A DNA stretch of 21,513 nt, from assembly GCA_005223125.1 (NCBI GenBank), contig NJBH01000049.1, forward strand, positions 1 to 21,513, read 5' to 3'. The position numbers and the translations under genes were made by a program. Below the pieces are notes generated by a model, which saw only the letters and a list, made by a program, of their open reading frames with translations, was not told where the DNA came from and did no database searches. The DNA is from Promethearchaeota archaeon Loki_b32. GTDB taxonomy: Archaea; Asgardarchaeota; Lokiarchaeia; Sigyniarchaeales; SOKP01. Positions 1 through 8,965 of this stretch are shown here, piece after piece (position 1 is the first letter of the stretch; the number at the start of each line of letters is the position of its first letter).

Positions 1-1
1 G

Positions 2-268
2 TTAGGAGTAGAAAATATTAGTAAGGATCTTCGTAATAAAAAAAAGAAAAAATAAAAACGATATAAAAAGTCTAAAAAGGACTACAAAAAAGCAAAAAAG
101 GAATATAAAAAAGCGAGGAAGGAGTATTTAAATAAGAAAGGTAAATCTGTAAAAAGAAGAGTAGAATATCAAAAAAAACGCTCTCAATATCGAAAGAAAA
201 AGGCAGAGTATAAGAAACAGAGGGAAAAGAAAAAGGATGAATTAGTTACTAAAATTCGGGTAACGTAA
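2..268 (+). pseudogene. 3' end of a gene entering from the left edge, encoding a Lys/Arg-rich heptad tail, with an in-frame TAA at 53-55
   Basis: Manual frame +2 translation: LGVENISKDLRNKKKKK*KRYKKSKKDYKKAKKEYKKARKEYLNKKGKSVKRRVEYQKKRSQYRKKKAEYKKQREKKKDELVTKIRVT* (final TAA 266-268). No ATG follows the internal stop. Not in the ORF track. Confidence 0.5.
62..124 (+). repeat. Degenerate 21-nt x3 coding repeat (YKKSKKD/YKKAKKE/YKKARKE)
   Basis: Units tataaaaagtctaaaaaggac, tacaaaaaagcaaaaaaggaa, tataaaaaagcgaggaaggag. A second heptad set (YQKKRSQ/YRKKKAE/YKKQREK) lies at about 167-229. Confidence 0.6.
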
Positions 269-290
269 AGATATTATATATCTGTTAAAC

Positions 291-1397
291 TCAGTCTTTA
301 ATTTCTTCTTTCTCTTCTTGTTCTTTATTAAATTCTTCAACTTTTTTCATAACAGATTCAGATGGTGTTGCTGGTAAAGGTATTTTTTCAAAGACTTCAA
401 TAAATTTAACATCATCAATTTCATCAGCCATATGAGATTGCAGATCCATAGCGAGCCCAAATTTAACGTATGTAAGATTCTGAAAAAGAAACATTTTTGG
501 AATTGTTATTTCAAGAGTCTTACTCTTAGGAATATAACTTACTTGAAATTCAGAAATACTTTCTTGTGGGATTCCTTTGTTAATCATGAAATATTCTATT
601 TTTTCATTGAAATCTTCTATTTTATCTATTATTTCTAAATTATAATCTAAATTTTGCCCCGCTAAAGGATGATTATAATCTACAATTACTCTTCCTTGCA
701 AAACATTAGTTACATTCCCTCTTTGAGTTTGTCCTTGAGTTTGTTTAACAAATTCTTGGCCAATTTCAGGGTTTTTTCCCTCATTTAATCTCCTAAATTT
801 GGCAATACCAATTCTTTCAATCTTTTGGGGATCTCGTTTTCCAAAGGCTTTAGTGGGGGGTATCCTTACAGATTTTTTTTCAAAAAAGTTCATTTCTTTG
901 ATTGTTTCAGTAAGACCTTCATTTACAAAACCTGGTTTTCCTACTATAACAAATTCAGGTGTGTAGAATCCTTGTTTAGCCTTATTTTCATCATATATCC
1001 TCGCTTTTTTAGCATCTTCTTCTGATGACACTCTAAAAATTTTACCTTTCTGGGTTCGAGCAGTTATTTTTACAAGGATGAAATCTCCATCTTCTACTTT
1101 GTTCCCTTGTAATTTTGCCTTCTTCTCCTCTAGTTTTTTGATCTCTTCTTGGATTTTCTTCTCTTCCTCATCTTCTTCCTTCTCAGTTAGTTCTGTTTCC
1201 CCTTCTTTAGTTTCTGGTTGTAGTAATTCTTTTGCACTTTTAATAATTTTTTCAGCTGTGGCTTTCCCAATTCCTTTTAGCTCAGTTAAATCTTCTAATT
1301 TAGAGTTTGCTAGTTTTTCAACTGAATCTATACCAGCTTCTTTTAATGTGTCAACTTTTTTACCAAGACCTTTGACATCTTCTAATTTAAGAGACAT
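291..1397 (-). CDS. Long-type archaeal FKBP peptidyl-prolyl isomerase/chaperone (SlyD-like) with N-terminal helix-hairpin-helix domain
   Basis: FKBP/SlyD motifs GDFILV, IPPTKAFGKRD and VDYNHPLAG. Two HhH motifs at the N-terminus (VKGLG, LKGIGKATAEKI) followed by an acidic linker. Confidence 0.88.
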   Translation of the reverse strand: MSLKLEDVKGLGKKVDTLKEAGIDSVEKLANSKLEDLTELKGIGKATAEKIIKSAKELLQPETKEGETELTEKEEDEEEKKIQEEIKKLEEKKAKLQGNKVEDGDFILVKITARTQKGKIFRVSSEEDAKKARIYDENKAKQGFYTPEFVIVGKPGFVNEGLTETIKEMNFFEKKSVRIPPTKAFGKRDPQKIERIGIAKFRRLNEGKNPEIGQEFVKQTQGQTQRGNVTNVLQGRVIVDYNHPLAGQNLDYNLEIIDKIEDFNEKIEYFMINKGIPQESISEFQVSYIPKSKTLEITIPKMFLFQNLTYVKFGLAMDLQSHMADEIDDVKFIEVFEKIPLPATPSESVMKKVEEFNKEQEEKEEIKD

Positions 1398-1737
1398 TTC
1401 AACTCAATTATATTTACTTTTAAAAGTAGAGTCATAAAAAGTTAAGTTTTACAATATATGATTACTTATAGATTTTTCTAAAATAAAGAATTCCTTATGA
1501 TACAGGCTCAAATAATATTCCTAATTTTTGAATATATGTTTTTACTTTATACATTTCCTCAGAAGTGAGTCGTCTATTTATTTCTTCATAATTAAAAGCT
1601 TTATATTCCGGCCTGAACTATTTGGTGAAAAATTTTACCTTAAAAAAAATTGCTAAAATGTATGAAGTAAACTATGATATATTAAAAAGATGAGAAAAAT
1701 TGGATTGAAAGGCAGCTAATTTAATATTCATTAATTA

Positions 1738-2850
1738 TTAGGACACAGGTCTCCAAAGAATTCCTAATTTATCTGCATAATTTCTAGCTTCTTGCATTTC
1801 TTGTGAAGTAGGTCTGCGGTTTATCTCAGAATATTCAAATGCGTGAAATTCTGGTCTGAACTGCCCCATTATATTCATAACAGCTTTGGGAAGTTCTTTA
1901 GCCACAAAATCTAATATAGGTTTAGAACAGCATTCAACATGGTTTGGCATGACCAAATGTCTAATACAGATTTCTCCACTTCCTTCATCATGTATTCTTT
2001 TATGATTTCTGGTAATGACATCGAAGTAATTATCTATACCAGAGTATTTCTTTCCACATTTATTATTTCCATACTTCCAATCTGGCAGCCAGAAATCCAT
2101 AAAATCTATTATTAAAGATAGAGATTTTTCTGTTAAATACAGATTTGAATTCCACAGCTGACATATATTAGATTTTTGGAATTTTAGGCTCCCCACTATA
2201 GTGTGAATGTTTGGAATGGGATCTCCCCCCACATAATTTATGTTTATTGCTCCCTTATCAACAAGTTTTTCAGCAATGGCTGCTAATTGGATAGTATTAA
2301 CTTTCTGTGCCACATCTTCAATATCTTTTCTTCCTTTCCATGCTTGAGAGATATCATAATTTTGACAAAAAACACAACCAAAATTACATCCCTGAAAAAA
2401 AATTGTACCACTTGGGATCAATACTGGTTCTTCACCCATATGAAGGAAAGCAGATGATACAAATGAATCTTTAGAAATCAAACAGAATCCTTTTTCACCA
2501 CTAATTCGATTTGCTTCACATTGCCTTTCACAGAAAATACATTTCATTAAGTATTTAATTGCAATTGTTTCAGCGAGTGTTATATAATTAATTTCATGGA
2601 CAACTCGGTTTTTCAAATCCAATGGATCTTCGTTTAGAAGTTCATTAAATTCATTTGACTTTTCTTTCAATAATCCCTCAAGCTTTTCTATAGGATCACT
2701 TAGTTTAAAATTACATTTTATGCTTTTAGCAATCAAATATCTTGCTAAATGTGTCCCATCAATAATCCCCCTATATTTTGAGTATCTTTTAAGTATTTCT
2801 TCATCTTTCCAGACGATTGAGGCATCGGATCTTAGAATTCTAAAAACCAT
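1738..2850 (-). CDS. Radical SAM protein, PflX-like (PFL-activating enzyme-related)
   Basis: CxxxCxxC within SGTIFFQGCNFGCVFCQNYDIS. Also CIFCERQC..NR..GEKGFC, HMGEEP, VGGDP and RHLVMP, typical of the PflX family. Confidence 0.88.
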   Translation of the reverse strand: MVFRILRSDASIVWKDEEILKRYSKYRGIIDGTHLARYLIAKSIKCNFKLSDPIEKLEGLLKEKSNEFNELLNEDPLDLKNRVVHEINYITLAETIAIKYLMKCIFCERQCEANRISGEKGFCLISKDSFVSSAFLHMGEEPVLIPSGTIFFQGCNFGCVFCQNYDISQAWKGRKDIEDVAQKVNTIQLAAIAEKLVDKGAININYVGGDPIPNIHTIVGSLKFQKSNICQLWNSNLYLTEKSLSLIIDFMDFWLPDWKYGNNKCGKKYSGIDNYFDVITRNHKRIHDEGSGEICIRHLVMPNHVECCSKPILDFVAKELPKAVMNIMGQFRPEFHAFEYSEINRRPTSQEMQEARNYADKLGILWRPVS

Positions 2851-2875
2851 AATAAAAAAGATTAAAGTTTATACA

Positions 2876-3604
2876 CTAAATCTCAAAAGATAGCCATTCG
2901 ATAATATTAGATAAAAATTTAAGATTATCTCCAGCATCTAATCCAAAATCATCCTCTAAAAGCCAATCTGATGAGCCAATAGTGACACATCTGCCGTTAA
3001 AGAATTCAGAAACAACGCATATAGGTACAGGTCCAAGCGCTCCAATTTCATTGTCCGAATAATATCTAAATTCAGCTTTTTCAGAAGTTATAATTAAATC
3101 TTCTACTTCTTCTTCTGTAAGTGTAAAAAAGGTGCAATTAGGTAAGACTACTTCTGTAATCCCTTCTGTTATAGGATGTTTAAATAATTCTGTTATTAAT
3201 ACATTCTTTTTTTTAACAAGGTAATTTGAGGGAGCTTCTTGAATAACTCCATTCCAAAATCTCCGAACACCAGTCATCTTATATAAGACTCTAATAGATC
3301 CAAGTTTCATGGGTACATCATTATCTCCACCTTCTCCACTGGTTAATAACAATCCTCCACCTTCTCCAATGAATTTTTTAATAGCTCGTAATTCCTTTTG
3401 TGTAAACTTATCTCCTTTCCCATCTTTTGAATGTTTAATATTTCCAATGAATAATATATCATATTCTTCAAGCATATCAAATTCTATTGGTCCTTCATTT
3501 TTATCAATGTAACTAATTTCAAAATCATCTTCACCTAAAGCGAACTCTGGAAACTCTTCTAATTTTTCTTTATGAGATAAATCCACAATGATTTCGTATG
3601 GCAT
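2876..3604 (-). CDS. GIFT-domain (GldG/IFT52-like, class I glutamine amidotransferase-like fold) protein
   Basis: KFTQKELRAIKKFIGEGGGLLLTSGEGGD, HPITEGI and GRCVTIGSSDWL...DNLKFLSNIIEWL match the IFT52-N/GldG/DUF4350 pattern as I recall it. No signal peptide. Confidence 0.65.
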   Translation of the reverse strand: MPYEIIVDLSHKEKLEEFPEFALGEDDFEISYIDKNEGPIEFDMLEEYDILFIGNIKHSKDGKGDKFTQKELRAIKKFIGEGGGLLLTSGEGGDNDVPMKLGSIRVLYKMTGVRRFWNGVIQEAPSNYLVKKKNVLITELFKHPITEGITEVVLPNCTFFTLTEEEVEDLIITSEKAEFRYYSDNEIGALGPVPICVVSEFFNGRCVTIGSSDWLLEDDFGLDAGDNLKFLSNIIEWLSFEI

Positions 3605-3842
3605 ATTAATAAACCGCTCTATTCTTATTTTCTATTGATTAATTCCGATTTTGACTAATAATTCCAAGATCCATTCAGAGAAAATCCTTCTATCTTAAGA
3701 ATATATAATTTGTTTTTATAAAATTATGCTATTACTATTATTAAATATTTTCTTTTAAATTTTGTTAAATGAAAATACGGATAGATAAAACTTAAATAAG
3801 AGGAAAATTAGTTTTTGTGTCAAAAGGAAAGAATAGGTTATA

Positions 3843-4535
3843 TTATATCGAAATAAATTCTCGTTCAGCTTCACCCTCTTTCTTAACTGTTACTAGCTCA
3901 ATGCCATTTCCTGAAGCCATATCTCTAATGATTGATGAAGTTACCGCTTTTTTTACGATTTCTTTACCTTCTTCAATAGTTAAATTATCTTTAAATCTTG
4001 CTTCTAAAACACCATATGAGAAATTTTGCCCACTTCCCACTGCACAATATTTTTCAGGTAAAATTGAACCATAAGCACTAATATCTAAAAGAACAGGACC
4101 TTCTTCTTCTGTGACTCCGCCTAATATGAGCCCTACTTCATAAGGAAACATCTTATTTTGATATAGAATATTTGACAATAATTTGGCAGCAGATTTTACT
4201 AGTATTGGTTTACCATCATGTGCCAATTCATATATGGTAGTTTCGGCTCTTAAAATATCAACAAGGAACTGGTTATCAGCTACTCCTCCGGCGGTAGTGA
4301 TCCAGAGATGATTCTGAATTTTATACACCTTTTTAGAAGTTTTGCTTGCTATAAAATAACCCATTGTAGCTCTCTTATCTGTTCCTAAAATAACTGCATC
4401 TTTAGTTGTCAAACCTACTGTTGTTGTCCCTGTTTTAAAAGTTTGAATATCGGTATGTTGACTTTTTGATATTTTTATCTCAGAATTTATAGTGAAATCA
4501 GAGGCAGTTGGTTTTAATAAATCTTCTTTTCTCAT
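3843..4535 (-). CDS. psmB: Proteasome subunit beta (20S, Thr protease)
   Basis: KTG|TTTVG processing site after a 36-aa propeptide. Thr1, Asp17 and Lys33 fall at canonical spacing; GSG and RDMASG motifs present. Confidence 0.96.
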   Translation of the reverse strand: MRKEDLLKPTASDFTINSEIKISKSQHTDIQTFKTGTTTVGLTTKDAVILGTDKRATMGYFIASKTSKKVYKIQNHLWITTAGGVADNQFLVDILRAETTIYELAHDGKPILVKSAAKLLSNILYQNKMFPYEVGLILGGVTEEEGPVLLDISAYGSILPEKYCAVGSGQNFSYGVLEARFKDNLTIEEGKEIVKKAVTSSIIRDMASGNGIELVTVKKEGEAEREFISI

Positions 4536-4631
4536 AATTTCATTAAAGAACTCTTGTTTTTATAATTTTTTTTAATTTTTTATTAATTTTTTTAAGACTT
4601 AATCAATTAATTAGTATACCAATTTTAAATT

Positions 4632-5825
4632 ATGAACTTAAATATGTATGATGTTATAATCTCAGGAGCTGGTCCTGCGGGTTCCAAATGTGCTGAAGTT
4701 TTAGCAAAAAGTGGGTTTAAAGTTGCGTTAATCGAAAAAAATACACAATGGAGAAAACCTTGTGGAGGTGCTGTAAGTTCAAGAATTTTTAAGTATTACC
4801 CTCAAATTCGTAAGTTAAATTTTCATAAAATTACTGGAATGATCATGTATTCAAGTGATTATAATAAATTAAAATATAGTTGGGAAGGGATTAAACATCA
4901 TTCAATAAATGTAGATCGCTTGATATTTGATAATTATGTAAGAAATGTAGCTATTGATGTTGGAGCAGAGTTATTCGATAAAAATATTTCTTATGATTTT
5001 ATAATTAAATATAATAATAGAATTGGAATAAAAACGAAAACTTCCTCAGGAACTAAAGAATATTTAGGAAAAATAATTATAATAGCTGATGGAATGAGTT
5101 CCAAATTGGCAATAAAGTCAGATTTAAGGGATAAATGGAAAATTGAAGAATTAGGTTTGGTAAAATGCGCAATAATGGAAGGAAAAAACAATTTAGACAA
5201 AGATTGTATGTCTACTTTTTTTAAACCTTATAAAGGATATGCGTGGATATTTCCCTTAGGTGAGGAAAGATTTAATATTGGTTGTGGTACATTTGGAGAA
5301 GATAATTTAAATTTAAATCTGAATCAGCTATACTTGGAATTCATAAATGATCCAAATATTAAGAAACTTCTCCCCAAATCAAATTATAAGGAAATTTGGA
5401 AAGGTGCTTATCCAGTACCCACACAAGGTGTAAATGATGAGAGTTTATATGGAGAGAATATTTTACTTATTGGTGATGCAGCTGGTTTTGTTTCTCCTAT
5501 AAGTGGTGAAGGAATCCATGCTGGTATAGTCTCTGGAAATATTGCTGCTGAAACTGCAATTAGTGCATTAGAAAATGATAACATTTCAAATCTAACTCTA
5601 AAAAGTTACAAAACACACCAATATATCAAGAAAATTATCAGAAATTTCAAAATGAAACGTTCTATTGTTGATTTTTTTTTTGAAAATAAAGGTTACAACT
5701 TTTCCAATATGCTTAAATTGGCTAATAAAGATTCATACATTAAAGAGAAAGTAATAAACATGTTTTTATATAATCAACCTCTTACTAAAGAATTACTCTT
5801 AAGAATAAAATCTACTAATGAATAA
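4632..5825 (+). CDS. Geranylgeranyl reductase family FAD-dependent oxidoreductase
   Basis: GAGPAG Rossmann motif, KPCGG, ADG, GYAWIFP and GDAAGFVSPISGEGI. Confidence 0.9.
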   Translation: MNLNMYDVIISGAGPAGSKCAEVLAKSGFKVALIEKNTQWRKPCGGAVSSRIFKYYPQIRKLNFHKITGMIMYSSDYNKLKYSWEGIKHHSINVDRLIFDNYVRNVAIDVGAELFDKNISYDFIIKYNNRIGIKTKTSSGTKEYLGKIIIIADGMSSKLAIKSDLRDKWKIEELGLVKCAIMEGKNNLDKDCMSTFFKPYKGYAWIFPLGEERFNIGCGTFGEDNLNLNLNQLYLEFINDPNIKKLLPKSNYKEIWKGAYPVPTQGVNDESLYGENILLIGDAAGFVSPISGEGIHAGIVSGNIAAETAISALENDNISNLTLKSYKTHQYIKKIIRNFKMKRSIVDFFFENKGYNFSNMLKLANKDSYIKEKVINMFLYNQPLTKELLLRIKSTNE

Positions 5826-5839
5826 ATTCTAATTTTAAG

Positions 5840-6778
5840 ATGTCCTCAGAATTAATTGGGTATATTTTAACTCTTGATGCAATATTTACATGGGCTTTAG
5901 CATCATTAGTCTATAAGTGGGGTCTTGGAAAAACCGAACCAAAAGCTAATTTGTTTTTTAGATTATGTTGTACTAGCCTTGGAACCTTCATATTCTCTTT
6001 AATATTTGGTAATTATCTTATTCTAAGAAATTTAAATAATTCAGAAGTACTTGCCTATTTAATTGCATGTTTAATATCAGGATTAAGCGTCACTATTGGA
6101 GATTTATTATATTATATGTCATTAAAAAAAATAGATGCTTCACGTACATATCCTCTTGTGCAAATTTCACTACTTTTTGTAATTTTCTTCTCTATTTTCT
6201 TGTTCAATGAAGAAATAACATGTTCAATTGTATTAGGTGGTACCTTAATACTTTCTAGTGTTTTTATTTTAAGTATAAGGGATAAATCTGAAAAAATTAA
6301 TGTAAAAAGAAGTCTAAAGGAAAGAATTTCGGAAGATTTAATTATTGGTGTTTTGTTAGCAATTGGAACAGCATTTTTTTGGGCAATCGCTTATGTTTCA
6401 TTTAACCAAGCTAGGATTTTAACTGGAGATGTGTTTATATCTAATTTCTTTAGAGTGGGTTTTGGAATGATCGCGATAGCAGTATTAGGGATATTTCAAC
6501 GTGAATATTATGCAGGATTTAAAAAGGAAAATAGAATCAACTTAAAATATTTTTTATACATTGGAATAGCAGGGATGTTATCTTTAGGTTTCGCAGACGC
6601 TATATATATTAAAGCTGCAGAAATCAATGGATTAATCTTAACATCCACATTTACAGCTAATACACCTATGGTTCAACAGATTCTTTCAATTCTAATTTTA
6701 AAAGAAAAGTTTCGTAAAAGGTTTATAGTTGCTATAATTCTCATTATAATTGGTAATTATGTAATTTTGTTTTTATGA
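5840..6778 (+). CDS. DMT superfamily (EamA) transporter
   Basis: About 10 hydrophobic helices in two repeats ending FLFNEEI and ILILKEKF. Starts 14 nt after the GGR stop, so probably co-transcribed. Confidence 0.88.
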   Translation: MSSELIGYILTLDAIFTWALASLVYKWGLGKTEPKANLFFRLCCTSLGTFIFSLIFGNYLILRNLNNSEVLAYLIACLISGLSVTIGDLLYYMSLKKIDASRTYPLVQISLLFVIFFSIFLFNEEITCSIVLGGTLILSSVFILSIRDKSEKINVKRSLKERISEDLIIGVLLAIGTAFFWAIAYVSFNQARILTGDVFISNFFRVGFGMIAIAVLGIFQREYYAGFKKENRINLKYFLYIGIAGMLSLGFADAIYIKAAEINGLILTSTFTANTPMVQQILSILILKEKFRKRFIVAIILIIIGNYVILFL

Positions 6779-6922
6779 AAGAAGTCATTCATTAGTTTTT
6801 TCGATAAATTGATTTTTTTTAATATCTTGAATTATTAGAATATTATATGGAGATAATTAAAAATAAAGGAAATAATTATATTATTTAATAGATAAAAATT
6901 ATTGTTTTTGAAGTGAGAAATT

Positions 6923-7606
6923 ATGTTACTTGAAGGAATAATAGACAAAAATAAGATAAAAGCTGATAATTATATTACTGTTTTGATAATTGCTAGTTTT
7001 TTACTCTTTGCTGTACTTTTTAACTTAGAGGCAGTTTTATCCGTTATTGTCTATCCTTTTGCATGTTTAGCAATTTATGGCGTTTTAAAAATTATCGGCG
7101 CTCTAAATAAAAGAAATAATATTACTCATGGAAGGCTTAATAAGATTCTATTAGGAATTATTTTTATAATATTTTCAATATTATTCTTGTGGTTTTTTTT
7201 ATCACAACCTAATGTTACATCTCATAGAATAATAGCTTTAATCACATTTCCGATGATAATTGTTGCGTGTGCTGGTATTATAAAAGGATATATAATTAAG
7301 ATCTACTCGTTAAAACAAAGAATAATGAATATAATCATCGGGTTTATTACATTTATAATTAATTTATTAGTTTTGTTTAATATTTTGAATAATTTTTTAT
7401 TTAATATTTTGAATAATTTTTTATTTAATATTGTTGTACTTTCCCTAACACTATTAATCAACATTTTTAGCAGAGCAGCATTATACTTGAGTGAATTTGG
7501 ATTATCTATTATGCATATAAAAAATCTTAAACTCTTCTTATATATTATCTCAGATTACTTAGTTATGATTGATAGTAATGGCAACTTAGTATTAAATAAG
7601 TTGTAA
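6923..7606 (+). CDS. Multi-pass membrane protein (about 6 TM; possibly HdeD/DUF308-like)
   Basis: Paired hydrophobic helices separated by short basic loops. No catalytic motif recognised. Confidence 0.6.
   Translation: MLLEGIIDKNKIKADNYITVLIIASFLLFAVLFNLEAVLSVIVYPFACLAIYGVLKIIGALNKRNNITHGRLNKILLGIIFIIFSILFLWFFLSQPNVTSHRIIALITFPMIIVACAGIIKGYIIKIYSLKQRIMNIIIGFITFIINLLVLFNILNNFLFNILNNFLFNIVVLSLTLLINIFSRAALYLSEFGLSIMHIKNLKLFLYIISDYLVMIDSNGNLVLNKL
7376..7432 (+). repeat. Perfect in-frame 24-nt tandem repeat (about 2.4 copies)
   Basis: tttaatattttgaataatttttta at 7376-7399 and 7400-7423, plus tttaatatt at 7424-7432. Encodes FNILNNFL-FNILNNFL-FNI. Confidence 0.9.
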
Positions 7607-7694
7607 ATAACAAATAATAAAATTAATATCAGAACTTACAACTTAATTTAGTGTATTACTAAAGATTTTAATTAATAAAAAAATTGACACAATT

Positions 7695-8810
7695 ATGACT
7701 GATATTCATTTTAATAAAGAGAAAGGTTCGCAATTGAAGTTATTTACTCCTGGTCCTGTTCATGTTCCCGAAAGAGTTCTCAAAGAAATGGCAAAACCAA
7801 ATGATACTCATAGATCTAAACCTTACTCAGAAATGCATCAAATGGCAGCAGAAGGCCTTCAAAAGCTATTATATACTAATAACGAGTGTTTAATTTTTAC
7901 ATCAAGTGCAACTGGGATAATGGAAGCTTGTGTGAGAAATTTGATCAAAGATGATGAAAAAGCGTTGTTTTTTTCAATTGGAGCTTTTGGAGATCGTTGG
8001 TATGAAATAGGAGTGAGAAACGGGAAAATTTCAGTTAAACAAGGAGTAGAATGGGGAAAAGCTATAACTCCCGAAGTTGCACAAGAAGCCTTAAGCAAGG
8101 ATAAATATTCTGTTGTTTTAATTCAAACGAACGAAACATCTACCGGTGTTTATAATCCAATTGATGAATTAGCTCCAATAATTAAAGATTCAGGTGCTTT
8201 AATGTGTGTGGATGCTACTTCTTCCATGGCAGGGGTAAAATTGGAAGTCGATAAATCGGATATTGATATTTGTTTAGCATCTGTTCAAAAATGTTTTGCA
8301 TTACCCCCAGGATTAGCGGTATGTTCTGTTTCTGATGCTGCTATTGAAAAAGCTGAACAAGTGAAAAATAGAGGGTTATATTTTGATTTAATTGCTTTGA
8401 AAAAAAGACATGTTGCTAAACATCAGACTCCAACAACACCACCAATTCCACAGATAAGAGGTTTAACTGCACAATTAGAATACATACTAAATGAAGAGGG
8501 CTTAGAGAAAAGGTTTGAAAGACATGAGAAACTAGGAAAACGAACTCGAACATGGGTTCAAGAAAATAACCTTGAAATGTTCCCTGAAAAAGGTTATGAA
8601 TCAAATACAGTATCTACTATTAAAAATTCTTTAGATCTTGATATTCCAAAAATGGTTTCTATGCTCCTTGATAAAGGTTACCGAATTGTTAATGGATATG
8701 GGCAACTTGTAAATAAAACCTTTCGGATTGGTCATATGGGGGAAATTCAACTTAAGGATCTTGAAGAGATGCTAAATGATCTTACTGATATTATAAATGA
8801 GTTAAAGTAA
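7695..8810 (+). CDS. Class V PLP aminotransferase (serine:pyruvate / archaeal phosphoserine aminotransferase-like)
   Basis: FTPGP, HRS, NETSTG, VDATSS, ASVQKCFALPPGL (PLP lysine) and FRIGHMG motifs. Adjacent to the serA-like gene. Confidence 0.9.
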   Translation: MTDIHFNKEKGSQLKLFTPGPVHVPERVLKEMAKPNDTHRSKPYSEMHQMAAEGLQKLLYTNNECLIFTSSATGIMEACVRNLIKDDEKALFFSIGAFGDRWYEIGVRNGKISVKQGVEWGKAITPEVAQEALSKDKYSVVLIQTNETSTGVYNPIDELAPIIKDSGALMCVDATSSMAGVKLEVDKSDIDICLASVQKCFALPPGLAVCSVSDAAIEKAEQVKNRGLYFDLIALKKRHVAKHQTPTTPPIPQIRGLTAQLEYILNEEGLEKRFERHEKLGKRTRTWVQENNLEMFPEKGYESNTVSTIKNSLDLDIPKMVSMLLDKGYRIVNGYGQLVNKTFRIGHMGEIQLKDLEEMLNDLTDIINELK

Positions 8811-8965
8811 AATTGATATCTTGGATATCGAATAACCTATTTTTTTTAATTTATAATTATATTTTCTAAGAGAAATTAGCAATTCAAATATCAAAAAATC
8901 TTTAAAGATTTGTAGACTACAAAAAAATATTCAAGATAATTAAATTCACTAAATGTGATTAAGAG

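Noticed and set aside
432-1437. Plus-strand ORFs 432-638, 825-1025 and 1078-1437
   Set aside because: Antisense shadows of the HhH-FKBP gene. Their Phe/Ser-rich composition mirrors its Lys/Glu codons.
1497-1620. ATGA..CAGGCT / GGCCTG..A pairing suggestive of a C/D-box, K-turn or SECIS RNA
   Set aside because: Only 6 bp, about 100 nt apart, with no full RUGAUGA box C and no SECIS geometry.
3661-3702. Possible hairpin and 11-codon uORF upstream of the GIFT-domain gene
   Set aside because: Imperfect AT-rich pairing expected by chance. No family motif, and conservation cannot be tested here.
3309-8604. Short ORFs 3309-3512, 3817-4074, 4991-5200, 7859-8098 and 8416-8604
   Set aside because: Each lies antisense to a gene with clear family motifs and has none of its own.
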